Shown here: positions 22,774 through 35,273 of the stretch, in pieces
Numbering within the stretch: position 1 is the stretch's first letter
How the letters are laid out: every line of letters begins with the position of its first letter
DNA from: Calcarisporiella thermophila CBS 279.70
Lineage: Eukaryota; Fungi; Calcarisporiellomycota
Direction of reading: 5' to 3'
Length of the DNA stretch: 64,000 nt
Assembly (NCBI RefSeq): GCF_041956535.1
Contig: NW_027192201.1
Location: forward strand, 160,060-224,059
Notes under the pieces: model-generated
The model's database searches: none
What the model was told of the DNA's origin: nothing
The model's input: only the letters and a program-made list of their open reading frames with translations
Program-made: the position numbers and the translations under genes

Positions 22774-25700
22774 ATGGAGGACACGCTGTCGCGATTGCCA
22801 CCGGGGCTAGTGAGTCAACGCAAGCAGGCATTTGCAACAGTAAATATTCTATCCCTTCTATTCGCCCTAAGTGCTCTATTGAGAACAGCTTTGCGTGAAT
22901 GGCGAAAGATTAGTCTCATTAACTTTCTCTCTCAACTCCTTCATAGCTTCGACCCTCTTGCGTTGAGCTGACCGGATTCACCGCCGTGACTCGCGCCAAT
23001 TCAAAAGAAGTCCTGAAATGTTTGAAAGAACTCTACGCTGCACTCCAATCCATCCCCGATCCCTCCAACACTATTACAAAGTCACTTATCGACTATGTTG
23101 TGCTTCCCTTGACACATATCATTCGGCTTATGAACCCACCGCTCGACCACGTCACGGAAGGTCTCCTGCGCTGTTTTGCATTGCTACTCGAACAGACTGA
23201 ATGGAGCACAGAGTACATAGAGCCCGATATGTTCAAGCAATTGGCTTTTTTCTTCGCACTTTCCGCAGGAGGGAGAAAATTCATTGCCAAAAAGGACGAG
23301 AGCTTGGAGCCTCCAAGCGAGGAGACAAAACTACTAGGGGTGCAATGTCTCAAATTCCTCTTGCCTTCCACACCGCCTGACAGCCAACAAGAAATGAATG
23401 AGCGGGATATGACGCGCGAGTTCATGCGCTCCTTTCTTGTAGAGATGCTGCAGCAGCAGGGGATGTATTCTACCATCACGTTGTGCGTCACTGTGCTTGT
23501 TGAAATTCTCCAAAAGGATGAGTTGACTGAACTCCGTCTCGCAGCCATCGAAACACTCTCCAAACTCATTGTTGGGAATTTGGAAGTCGAAGTGGCGATA
23601 AAAGTGTTCCCAGGAGTGGTGACTACTCTCACGAAGGCAGTTGTCTTGAAGCGCACTGAAACACAGCATGTCATTGCAGCTGCTTTGGGGTTACTGGCAG
23701 ATCTCATTATAAAGGTCATGAATGATGAAGCGAACAAGGAGTTTGTCGTTCCCCTGTCTACATTTGAAGACTTGGCGGCCTGGAGTAAAAGCAAAAATGA
23801 AGAATTAATAGAAGTAGAACGCATTGGAACCCGAGTTGCGGAGGGAACAAACGAGACCCTTGAGGATGCTTTGGAAGAAATCTCAGAGGCCAAAACTGCA
23901 CCTGGACTTCGTCGGACACCCGGATGGTTTAACGCGACGAGAGAGCACCTGTTTGCTTTAATAGCTGAGATGCTAACTCGCAGAAACCATGATTCATGGA
24001 GAGTTCGACTTGCTTTTGTCCGTGCTGCTCATCTCATTCTCGTGCACTGTTCACTATCCCTCAGCAAGTGTGTGCCGATGCTTGTCGAGACCCTTGTGCT
24101 CTTTCACGGTGATGAATATTCCGAAGTATCCTCTCTGGCGCGCACTTACCTCTCCGATATCGCGAAGCACCCTCAAATTGCTGCCGAGTTAGTACCCATG
24201 TTAAAGGAGCGTTTTCATACCTGGCTCGTTGCTCTCCCACGTCATCTCATGTCCGCCGACGAGACGGAAAAATTCAATGCCATAAATTTATTGACCGGGT
24301 TTGCTTGCCTACTTGGCGGGGGCATCCGGACAGTCCTACGCACAAATATGGAGAAACTGGTGTTTCCTCTGTTGTCAGCCCTTTCATTTGATGAATCGAA
24401 TCTGAATTTAGTTGAGGATATCCCTCTGGCTGTTGAAAGTGGTGAAGTTGGAACTATCACTGATACAAGCAAATCAAGCAAGTCGACATTGCCTTCTAGA
24501 CCACGCGCGTTTCCTAGACCCAATTTTTTATATATTGTGGAAGAGCGGAATAAAACGAGTCTATCTCGTATGCTGCAAACTCTAGGACGATTCGGCGACA
24601 CAGAGACTCTTGTTAACTACTTCTTCGATTTTTTACACGCGAGGGATTACGCCAACGTCCACGTTCAATGTGCATTTATCATAAATGAATTGTTTGCGGG
24701 TATAGTTTCTTTCACTAACGAAGAGGTCTACGGCAATGAGAATCAACTGGCTGCATTCACACAAGAGACTCAGAGAAATGACCCACCACCGGTACGACGA
24801 ATCGCGAAGTTCCTCGTTCGACAATACCTCTCACTTGAAGCTCTTGAGCTCCCCACCACCGTTCAAGCAGGTATAAAGCCAATATGGGCCCTAGATGAAC
24901 TCCAAAAGACAACCGCACGGCTTTTGCCCCGCTCTCTTCCTGAGGCTCCTCTCAGTACCCAAACGCCAAATGCGGTTGCTCTCACCCAATGCTGCATCCT
25001 TGAGGGAGTAGCCCGCGCAGCCGATGCGTTGGGAAAAGACTTCTCAATCGAACTCGTCGACGTGCTCTATCCCCTTCTTGAAAAACTCGGCTCCTCACAT
25101 CCGCGTGTTCGCGCTGTCGCACTTATTGCACTAGAACATATCGCGTCCGCATGTGCTTATTCGTCTGTGCGAACGCTCGTCATTGAAAACATGGATTATG
25201 TGGTGAATTCAACTTCTCGGCGCCTCGTTTTTATCCAAATGCACCCAAATACTCCCCGTGTCCTCGCCGCTCTTGTAGGTGTGTCGGGCGCTGCAGCTGT
25301 ACCCTATCTCGATGAACCTGTGGAGGCCATTTTGGAGGCCCTGGATGAATGCCATTTAGAAGAGGATATTTGCGTCGAACTTTGTGGTGCATTGGGGGTC
25401 ATAGTGCGTGCATTAGCGGATTCAGTTGAAGAGGAAAGAGATGGCGACGATATACCCGGTGCGGAGGCCGTTTCAGCCGTGAATGAGGGGGAGAGCGGTA
25501 CTGTGTCTCTGGAAATTCGCGATTTCATTACCAGCCACAAGGCCAGGATAGCAAAAGAAGCCATAGGGGGGAAGGCGACGATCGAGGAGATTGAAGAGTA
25601 TTTCCTCCAAAATCAAGCCAAATCCAAGCTAGAGGATGTGGGAGGTAATGAGGAAGAGGGCATTTGTGGACAAAACGATACGAATGAGGACCCCCAGACC

Positions 25701-26444
25701 CTGGGGCATGCCTACACCACCACCATCCATATTATTGATAAAGTGCATCATCTTCTCGCGGCTCCCTCTCCTCAGCTCCGCGCTCAGATTTTGCGTACTA
25801 TTTCGGAGGCGCTGCGCGTGCTGAAAAACAAACCACGGGAATTACATCCTCTAGTGCATCGAATATGGCCCTCAATTGTACACCGTCTCTCTGAAACAGA
25901 GGAAGGGTTTGTTATGGTTGCAGCTGTGTATCTAGTGGGCAATCTGGCGAGAATGTGTGGTGACTTTATGATACGCAGAATCAGTGACGATGCGTGGCCT
26001 GCATTCGTACGTGTGCTACGAACTGCTGTCCCCGACTCACGCTTTACCCGCACCCACCGTCTACTTCGAGCGGTTCTTCATGCATTGAGAGACATTGTTG
26101 AGCATGTGCCTCTATCCTTTACGCAAAATCAGGATGTGGTCAGCGCATCGTGGCCTCTTTTATGCACCACGGATGACGAAATTCGTAGAGAGACCGCTGA
26201 GCTGTTTTTGAAGATTGCACGTCGGGAGCCGGATATGGTGTGGACAGCGTGTTGCCAGCTACTGCCAGAGAAAAGGAGAATGAATCCTGATCCAGGTATG
26301 GCAGAGAAAGGGTTCAGAAGCTTGACATTACCTGACTATCTATGGAAGGGCGATGGAATATTGGAGATAGCGGCAGAGGGTGTACGCGAGATTTTAGCAT
26401 GCATTAACCTGGATTTTTTGACAATGAATATTTATCGATCCTAA
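22774..26444 (+). CDS. TTI1: TEL2-interacting protein 1 (TTT complex), HEAT-repeat protein
   Basis: Exon 1 22774-22839, intron 22840-22946, exon 2 22947-26444 (QAFAT|LRPSCVEL). Motifs IDYVVLPL, VFPGVVTTL, RTPGWFNAT, WRVR, VLYPLLEKLG, ENMDYVVN, PLVHRIWP. Confidence 0.88.
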
Positions 26445-27007
26445 GATCGGATGGCAACTATTTGTTCCCTTTAAAATAAAATACCCAAATTTTTTTGTTA
26501 AAAATTTTTAGTTTCTATTTCTCTTTCTTTTATTGTGAGATTTCCAACTATAAATAAGAATTGAGCTTCGAAGTGAATATAGAATTATCGAAAGCTATTT
26601 GATTAGATTTTCTAAGGGAGATAGATATTGTTTGTTTCCGCTATATCCTCCAGACCACATACTATGGTGCACTCTATATGAATTCTTTTATATTTGGTAC
26701 TGATAATATATTCACCAGCAAGGTTAGCGTTGAGCATAATAGATACAATATTATTGTACTCTTACTGAATTTCCGCATTAAGAAAATTAGAATCGGAGCA
26801 TAATAATACTCTTTAACCAACACTGTTGAAAATTATAATGGCATTTAGTCGAGGGCAGCTTTATGACGTTGTCAAATTGGGACTTGAAAAATTTGTTTGC
26901 GGTTTAGAGCAGGGGGCATCTATTCTGTCTTCGAGCTGCAACCCTTTACACTTCACCAGCTGAACGGGGACGTAAAGGAGAGATTTATTTCTCTATATAC
27001 ACAAAAG

Positions 27008-27142
27008 GTACGGGCACAACTCCATCAAAACCGGTGATACATTCACTGGTTTCTTGTGTTTTATGGGGGATTCCTCTTCCTCTGTATACCATATTTTTAA
27101 TCGCATTCTCTTCTCTAATGCGATGCACCTTCTCTCTTACAG
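27008..27142 (+). other. Probable 5'-UTR intron of QCR1
   Basis: AAAG|GTACGG donor, CTAAT branch point at 27115-27119, pyrimidine tract, TTACAG acceptor 19 nt before ATG 27162. Confidence 0.55.
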
Positions 27143-27161
27143 ATTAAATATCACAAACCTT

Positions 27162-28701
27162 ATGGCATTGCGTCTTCTCTCTAACGCCAAACTCGGCGGT
27201 ATTGCCAAGCAGGTACTTGATGCCCCTCTTACTTTACGCATCCACCTGGAATTGGATTAGATGAAGTCCATTTTTCATTTATTAACTTATTTCCGATCCT
27301 AGGCTGTCCGCCCGTTTGCATCCGTTGCCTCGCCCTCGACGCGCATCACTACCCTCGAGAACGGTCTCACCGTCGCGTCCGAACACAACCCCAACTCTGA
27401 GGCAGCAACTGTGGGCGTGTGGATTGAGGCTGGCTCTCGCGCAGATCCTGCTGGAAAGAGTGGTGCTGCATATTTCTTGGAACATGTTGCTTTCAAGGTG
27501 AGTGCATTGAACACAAGTAAAAAATACAGATTATTTTGTGCTAACTGCTTTCCTGTCAAAGGGCTCCAAGTCGCGAAGTGAGCAAGAGATTCTCTCTTTG
27601 GTCGGAGGTAAGGGTGCCAAGCTCTCCGCCCGCGCTACTCGTGAGCACTCCATCTACACTGGCAGTGCCCTTGGCCAGGATGTCCCAGCCGTGGTAGAGC
27701 TCCTTGCCGAGGCTGTCCAGCAACCCGCTCTGGATCAGCAGACGATTGAGAAAGAACGCGCTGCTGTACTCCGCCTTCAAGATGAGTCTGCCACTCGCCT
27801 AGATGAGGTTGCCTTTGAGAACGCACACTCAGTTGCATTCCAAGGCTATGCCCTTGCCAACCCAATCACTGGCACCTACGAAGGCGTGAAGAGTTTAACC
27901 GCCGAAGACCTCTCGGCATATATCAAACAGAACCACACAGCGGACCGCATGGTTTTGGTTGGCGCCGGCAACGTAGAGCACGAGCGCCTAGTAGATTTGG
28001 CGCGAAAGCACTTTGGCTCCCTCTCCGCCGGCTCTCGTGCAAAGCAGTCCCAGACTCTGTTCACTGGTTCTGAGGTGCGTGTGCGAAATGATCTCCTTCC
28101 CGTGGCACACATTGTCCTCGGACTGGAGGGACCAAGCTGGACATCGCCCGACTTCCTGCCCATGCAGGTGATCCAGCACGTTGTCGGCTCCTGGACCAAG
28201 ACACTCGGCTCTGCGGGCAATGTGTCGGCACGCATTGCTCACACTGCTCAACCCAACCACCTCGCTGAGTCATTCAGCGCATTCCACCTCCCATACTCGG
28301 ACACCGGCCTCTTCGGCGTTCATCTTGCCACCACTGCGCGTGAAAACATAGATGATTTGGTGTATTTCACCACGAAGGAGCTCGTGCGCTTGGCAACCTC
28401 GCTTACGGAGGCTGATGTATACCGCGCCAAGAACCAGCTGCGTGCCTCGATCGGATCGGCCCTCGCCGAGAGCACTGAGCTGGTCGCCGCAGACATTGGC
28501 ACCCAGGTGAGCGTGACGGGTGAGCGTCTTACTCCTCAGCAAATTGCCGACAAAATCTCTCAGCTCACTCTCAAGGATATCCGTCGGGTGGCCGAGAAGT
28601 ATATCTGGGACCAAGAGTTGGCAGTGGCCGGCGTTGGACCAGTAGAGGCTATGCCCGACTACTCACGCGTGCGTGCCTGCATGACCTCTAGCAAGTTCTA
28701 A
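27162..28701 (+). CDS. QCR1: Cytochrome bc1 core protein 1 (M16B family; non-catalytic MPP-beta paralog)
   Basis: Exons 27162-27212, 27303-27498, 27562-28701. Mitochondrial presequence; TTLENGLTVASE, TVGVWIEAGSR, AYFLEHVAFKG (HxxEH changed to YxxEH), YSDTGLFG, RAKNQL, YIWDQE..VAGVGPVE.MPDY. Confidence 0.88.
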
Positions 28702-29100
28702 ACTGGATCCTTATTTTTTTATAAATAAACCTCTTGTTTTTCTCTCGCTTTATATAAACTGAAACTTGCCAGGAAAATGAATTGATGCTTATTAATTTGT
28801 TTTCTCTCACTTTTTCTTCTTCTTCTTCTTCTTCTTTTTCTTTACAACCTCTTCCCCTACCCCTTTTACTTTTTTCTTTCACTTGTTGGATTAATAAATA
28901 TAGAAAAAAGATTTTTTTTAAATCAGCTTAATCATTTTTTTTGATTTTGGGGATGATTTGGTGGAGCTGAATGCTAAACGTAGTATAAAGGATGAAATTT
29001 TGAAAATTGGCTCAGTGGCTTGGCCCAGCGTTCATATCAGCGAAGAGAGGTGAAGGATGTTCCCTCTCTTGGTTCTCAACACGTCGGGGAGATAGATAAA

Positions 29101-29900
29101 ATGGTGAGTGATCAATGCATTCGATGGAGGACTAGTGGAGAGAAGATAGGGATGGATGGATGAGTGCGTCCCTTAGGCGCAAAGCACGGGCGTCTACTTG
29201 GATGGAAGAAGATATGGATGCGAATTTGTTTAATGGTTGACCCATGGCTAATCCCGATGATCTCATTCCTGCTTTATTAATAGCCAACCAGACTTCACAA
29301 GAATAGGAAGAAGCGTGGTCACGTCTCTGCCGGACATGGTCGTATCGGTAAGTGCTGCCACAGCTCCGGATTTGCTCTCTCTTTACGCTCTCGCTAATCT
29401 CACGCACCGGAAATTGTTTGAACAGGCAAGCACCGCAAACATCCTGGAGGTCGCGGTCTTGCTGGTGGTCAGCACCATCACCGTACCAATTTCGACAAGT
29501 TCCATCCGGGTTACTTCGGTAAGGTCGGTATGCGCCATTTCCATCTTACCAAGAACAAGTACCATCGCCCGGTTGTCAACATCGATAAACTGTGGACAAT
29601 GGTCTCAGAGGAGACACGGAAGAAATATGAGGGCAAGACCGATATTGTGCCCGTGATTGACACGATCCGCGCTGTAAGTGTTCTCTGATATTAGTACTAC
29701 TGGGCTTGCATAAAGAATCTAATGCAATATGAATCTCGGATCGTCATGTCCATTAGGGTTATGGCAAAGTTCTCGGCAAAGGTCGCCTGCCCTCTCAGCC
29801 TCTTATTGTCAAAGCACGCTTCGTTTCAAAACGCGCCGAAGAGAAGATCAAGGCCGCTGGTGGTATTGTTGACATCGTCCAGAAATCCGTTGTTGCTTAA
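29101..29900 (+). CDS. RPL28: 60S ribosomal protein uL15 (yeast L28/CYH2, human L27a)
   Basis: Exons: ATG only (29101-29103), 29284-29347, 29425-29673, 29757-29900. [59 protein letters not shown]. Not captured by the ORF track because of the introns. Confidence 0.97.
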
Positions 29901-30262
29901 AATACCTAATACACTCTTCGATTTACTGCCATCTCCATCACCCAACGAAAAAAACAAAAAAAATTAGCATCAAAACAACAGAATTTGGTATCTTTATGGA
30001 ATTTATTGTAGGAAAGCAAAAGAACGAAAAAAAAATAGGATATCAAAGTTCAGGGTAGCATACAGGAAAACAAGCACTTAAACACAGGAAATAAAATCAT
30101 TCAATTCATATCCAACAGAAACGAAAGTCAAAAAAGAAAGGGAGAGAAATGAAGAAGCTTGTAGGAAAGGATGCAGAGGAGGAAAAGGAAATAAGAAAGG
30201 AGGGAGCAAGGTGTACACATTAAATAAATGTAGTTGGAACGAAAAAAAAAAAAAGCAAATAA

Positions 30263-33200
30263 TTAAAAGTTTGAATAGTTTCTAGGTCCTCGACCTTCAT
30301 GATAATGTTCATTTTCCCACCTATTCCGACCATCATCCTGACCCGGCTGCCATCCTCCACCGCCATTGCCATATTCCTCTGGATGACGTGTGTATTGTTC
30401 TTGTGGCCTGACTCGCATAGGGGGCGGATCTCTCAACCTCGGTACGGGGTGCCCTCCATAAACGGGTGCGCTTCTGTCATGTCCTCCTGGTGAATAACCA
30501 TTTGGTGAGGGAATGGTGGCATACTCTCCGAACTCGGGGCAGGTAAGCGGTGTAGTCGGGCTCTTCGGCATATGACGAGTGTGTGACCTCGCGCTAGTAG
30601 GAGTCCGCGGATAAAGAGTGTTCAAAGATGCCGGGGTGGGCGATCTTGTCATATCCGGTATCGTCGGGTTGTTAATATCTCGCATGTAATCCGGTTCTGG
30701 TTCCAAGAGATTCCTCTCACTTCTCATTCCATCCCCACCACTCTTACTTGAGGTCATATTCAGGTAACCTCCAGGTGCAAATGGCTTCATTCTTTTTTTA
30801 GAACGATAGCACATACGGAAGACACAACATCCTAGTCCCAGCAGTAATAACAGCCCTATTCCGATTGCAGCTGGGATGGAGATATTTTTGTTTTCGTTTA
30901 TCCAAGCGAGAACGGTGCTTGCCACTCCACCTGACTGACAAGATCCACGTTGACAGGTAGCTCCATAACCACAAGGGGTGCCATCAATATAATTGCCATT
31001 GAAGGAAATGCACAGAGCAGAATTGGTAGGATCGACACAAGATATCGAACATGAATTTGCAAAGCTGGGGCATGACTTTGTGACGTTCGTACGAAGTCCT
31101 CCTCGCAAGGAACATTGTTGATCGCGACTGGTACATTGTCCTGAAGCGCATTTTAATCCATCGCCACAGTCCTTGCCGTCGGGAAGACGCTGATCCTCTG
31201 GACAAAAGGGACTTGTTCCGTTACAGTACTCAGGAATATCGCAAGATGACTGTGCAGCACGGCAAACAGACGCTGCCGGTTTTATCTGGCAGTCTTTGCA
31301 ACACTCGCTGTTAACATCGCTGCATACTGCGCCGGGTTTCAGTTTACATGTGGCAGCAATGCAGCACGGGTCATCCTGTTTATTTCCCACGTCACACTCC
31401 TCGCCATGCTCCAAGATCCCATTGCCGCACATGCCGAGTTTTTCAATCCGTCGAATGGCGCTCGGAGGTTGGAGGCAACTGCCAATGGATGGAAGTGCAC
31501 TACAGATGTAATTAATAGCACACGGTGAAAATTCCGTCGACGTGACATTATTTGTGGGGTGCATGAGGTATTTTCCTTTTGCATCACACTGCAGTGGACT
31601 AAGAGGACAGCAGCCACATCGGTCATTACCCTTTGGACAGGGGCAATCCGCCGCCGTGCAATCATGAATAGCGCCAAATCTATGAGAGGGTATAATAAGC
31701 ATTTACAATTAGCGGGTGAAGAGACAATAAACCGAATTGTCATCATTACCCATGACCAACTTCGTGGGCAACCACCTTCCACTCGTCCCGTGTAATCGAG
31801 GACACCCCTGTACCGGACACCCACTCCATCCCGTTTTCTGTTTTCTGCTGGGTAGCCGTAGTATTGCAGAGCTGGCCCAACCATGCAATTCCCACACGCG
31901 CCCCACTACCACATTTTGTCATCAAATGCCACAAGGCCGCTCCATCTTGGCCGCGAGTGTCACGCCATTTACTGAAATCATTCAAACGTTGGTTGATATC
32001 GTACATATCGATACAATCACGATTCCACGGGACGGTTGCATTCGTTAAACCATTACAGGGTGGTGGGTTTATCTCCAAGACAGTAATCCCAAGAGCGACG
32101 TTAAACGTGCGCTCATACACTATAGAGGCGGAATTGAAATCCGTGATAATTTGAGTGCGAGCCTTTTCTGGGTTCGTGTAGGTCTGTACATATGTACAAT
32201 CCGCCGCAACGCCAAGGTATGCGACTAACCGTGACAAAGGGCATGTGCTCGTCGCAGAATTGGGCGGAAGCATGGGTTGGGGATCACGGGGAAAGAGTTT
32301 GTGAGAGCTATACACTTCCTCATCCCATGGAGAATACGGAAAATTCTTTGAATATTGTATTGGGGCTGCCCACAAAGCCTGGGTTCGCGAACGTTGCATT
32401 GCATGTATAATGTTATCTTCTGCCATGTTGTAGCTAAGGTCTTGCATCCCACACGTTGAATCGTGCGCACTGATCAAACCACGTTTGTGAGCACCTCCAA
32501 ATGCACTTGCCACCGGTTCCATCGCCATATCCGAATCCCGATATACTACCATCTTCGAATGCTGATATTTAGGATCCCTGGCTGCTAAATGCGGAATTGA
32601 TGGGTCACCGCTCCTACGCGTAAGCATGTAAGATTCAGCTGTCTTGATGTGATAGATATCACCATAATGACTAAAAGCGCCTTCAAACGTAGGTGCGCTC
32701 TCCTCCCCCCGTCCGTCGTTATGCACCACTATTCTTGCCCATCCGACCTCCCCCTTCTCCCATCCCCCAGATTTGCGCGACATGCCGATAGTATCTCGTT
32801 CCCACCAATGGTCCGAGTGTTCCTCTTCAACGACCCATCCACGGTACACTAAGTGGTCCTTTGGACTGAGTGGCTTAGTAGTTACTTCCCCTGTGAGTGG
32901 ATCATGAATGTTCATAACCGCATCCTGGTGGAAAAAGTCGGTATTTGGTTCGAGATGAAGAAAAAATTTTTGGTTATAGGCTCGGAAATGAATTCGAAGC
33001 TGGTCATCATGTTGAAGGCGTGAACTGTCTTCAAGAGCACGCTTGGAAAAGAAGGGTGAAAACTCGCGAGGAAGGATATCGAGTGTAGGAACAGAAACAA
33101 ATTCCAGACGGGATAGAGGGCGATTGTGGCTGTTATGAGCTAGTGGTAAAAAATTATCAATAATCAGATTATAAAAGGAAGAGGAGCCACATGTGAAAAA

Positions 33201-33275
33201 GTTACCATGTATTACAGCAAATAAGCATGGGAAGGCGAATATATACAATAGACTCAAGGCCATGGATATTGCCAT
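30263..33275 (-). CDS. ADAM-family metalloprotease (ADM-B/Mde10-like)
   Basis: Signal peptide from ATG 33275 (or 33263); introns 33205-33140 and 31749-31680. Prodomain; reprolysin domain with HEVGHG|FGAIHD spanning the intron and Met-turn YLMHP; disintegrin domain (CGNGILEHGEECD...CDIPEYC); Cys-rich domain; TM helix; Pro-rich tail. Confidence 0.93.
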
Positions 33276-34076
33276 CTCCACATCCACCGAAGGGAATAAT
33301 TATGGTATTCTATTACAAGAATTTGTGTTGGGTAAAAAATTTCTTCAATTTCTCTCAAGGACACCTGAGTGTAGCCCTCTCGCGGTAAAATGCGTAAAAA
33401 TTACGGAGATGTGAAGAGAGATAGAAAAAAAAAGGATTGGAATTAAGGGTTTCAACAGCAACAAAAAAGGAACGGGTAAGAATACGGAATATGCTCATAA
33501 ATCCCAAAGAACTGCGTAAAAGAGTGAAATTGACGAGTATCCGATTTTCCAGAAATCAGTAGGAGTATTAAGGGCATATGGTGATGAAATGAGATGAGAT
33601 GATGGATGGGAAATTTAAAAAATTACGAACAGATATATATATAGAATAAAAAGTGCTTTTAATATTAGTTAAATCCTTACCCGACGCGCGCACATCCTCC
33701 CCTCTTCAAATTAGTGACGTTACACTGCCAATAAAACCGTTGTCGCTCAGACAAGCCTCGGTGGGATAATTTTTGGGATAGCTCGCATAAATAAACAAAA
33801 GGAGGTGTACAAGCTTTTGCACTGTCTTCATCTCTTCTCTTCGATAAACAGTGTATAAAAGTTCTGTAACTGTGAAATATCAAATTCTTTTATAAAGGTA
33901 AGGCTTGTTTGAGAGTCTATAGGCTGTGTTTCTGCTATATAAAACATTCTCACCGAATTTAACCTCTTTTTCTTTTATTAAATCTAGATACCTCAAGGCA
34001 ATTGTATATATCCATTATCCATTTCTATTGCAAATTGTTTGTGTAAGTTTCAACTGACCATTATTATACATTTTCT

Positions 34077-34148
34077 ATGATGATATTAATACTAATTTGA
34101 CACGAAACACCTATGTGTGTATCAAATATACAAATCACTCCATTCTGA
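34077..34148 (+). ncRNA. Intronic box C/D snoRNA, predicted guide for 18S rRNA 2'-O-methylation
   Basis: Box C ATGATGA 34077-34083; D'-like TTGA 34097-34100; box D CTGA 34145-34148. ACAAATCACTCCA(TT) just upstream of box D is complementary to conserved 18S (GG)UGGAGUGAUUUGU. Lies in the GTAAGT(34043)...TAG(34224) intron upstream of the C9orf85-like ATG. Confidence 0.75.
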
Positions 34149-34228
34149 TCTTTTACAACTTTACTATCATATTTATGCTTTGATATTATCAATGAGACCA
34201 TTATTAATGTATCTGCTTCTATAGAATC

Positions 34229-34879
34229 ATGTCAGAATCGAAACGTGTCTCCACCAGCAGTGGGAAGAAACCGGGCCAAAAGTACCAGAATACTTTCTCA
34301 TATAAGCATAATCGAAACAGCAAAAAAACTAAAAAGATTGCAGCCTCTCCGATTCAAGGTTTATGCGCGCGGTGTACTGAAGTTATTGAATGGCGTAAGA
34401 AGTTTCGCAAATACAAGCCTCTCACCACCCCGAAGCGATGTGTCGGCTGTCAGGAAAAAGCCATCAAAGATGCCTATCATATCTTATGTGATCCATGCGC
34501 ACGAACACGAGGAGTATGTGCAAAGTGTCAAGAGAAGAAGGAGATTGTTCCGGCGAAAAAGACTGCAGAGGATGAGCGAGAGGAACAATTGCGCATAGAG
34601 CGTGTTTTGGGGAATATGAGGGAACGAGAGAGGCGAGCATTTTTAAGAAAAATGGAAAAAGGCGAGGCACCGCCACTGTCAGAGTTGCCAGAGGATGACG
34701 ATAGCGACGGGTTTGATTTGGGATCATCAGACGAAGACAGTGAGAGTGCCGAAGAGGAGGAAGATGAGGAGAAGGTGGAGGAGGAGGATGATGAGGATTC
34801 AGGCCAGGTTAAGAAAATCCATACTATTAAGTTAGAGAAGGAGACTGAAATTGTTCGTCAGAAGATCAAAAATTTATAA
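34229..34879 (+). CDS. C9orf85 / DUF2039 family Cys-rich protein
   Basis: QKYQNTFSYKHNRNSKKT, CARC.EVIEWRKKFRKYKPL, CVGC...AYHILC.PCA...VCAKC, acidic tail. Preceded by probable non-coding exons and introns (donors 33898 and 34043, acceptor 34224). Confidence 0.87.
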   Translation: MSESKRVSTSSGKKPGQKYQNTFSYKHNRNSKKTKKIAASPIQGLCARCTEVIEWRKKFRKYKPLTTPKRCVGCQEKAIKDAYHILCDPCARTRGVCAKCQEKKEIVPAKKTAEDEREEQLRIERVLGNMRERERRAFLRKMEKGEAPPLSELPEDDDSDGFDLGSSDEDSESAEEEEDEEKVEEEDDEDSGQVKKIHTIKLEKETEIVRQKIKNL

Positions 34880-35236
34880 CGCAATAACTCCTATGTATAT
34901 TTTATAACGAGTTAATAGACCTAATGTTGCTTAACCTAAAATTAATTTCAATATAACAAATATATCACATATTCTTTTTTTACATTTTCTTTCATTTGCA
35001 GTTGGGTGTATGTGTTCATACACAGAAGTTAATTCAGTTTCATTAAGAAAAGAGTAGACCTCAAGCATGCTTGTGTTTAAGAAAAATGTACGAATTAGGT
35101 ATCCTGTCGCGATTAAGTTGACAAACTTGCTTTGGAGTGCCATGATATAGCTTGCTTACTAGCTATTGAGGGCAGTTGTGTGCTTAATGGAAATACTGTA
35201 TAGATGTTATTTTTGTATTGATTGCCAACAATTTTG

Positions 35237-35273
35237 CTTTTTTACATTTGGTCAAATGCCAAATGTAAAAAAG
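35237..35273. repeat. Perfect 15-bp inverted repeat (hairpin)
   Basis: CTTTTTTACATTTGG (35237-35251), 7-nt loop, CCAAATGTAAAAAAG (35259-35273). Confidence 0.85.

Noticed and set aside
29104-29283. Long first intron of RPL28 as a snoRNA host
   Set aside because: No box C/D pair or H/ACA architecture; only a small hairpin (TGCGTCC-CTTA-GGCGCA).
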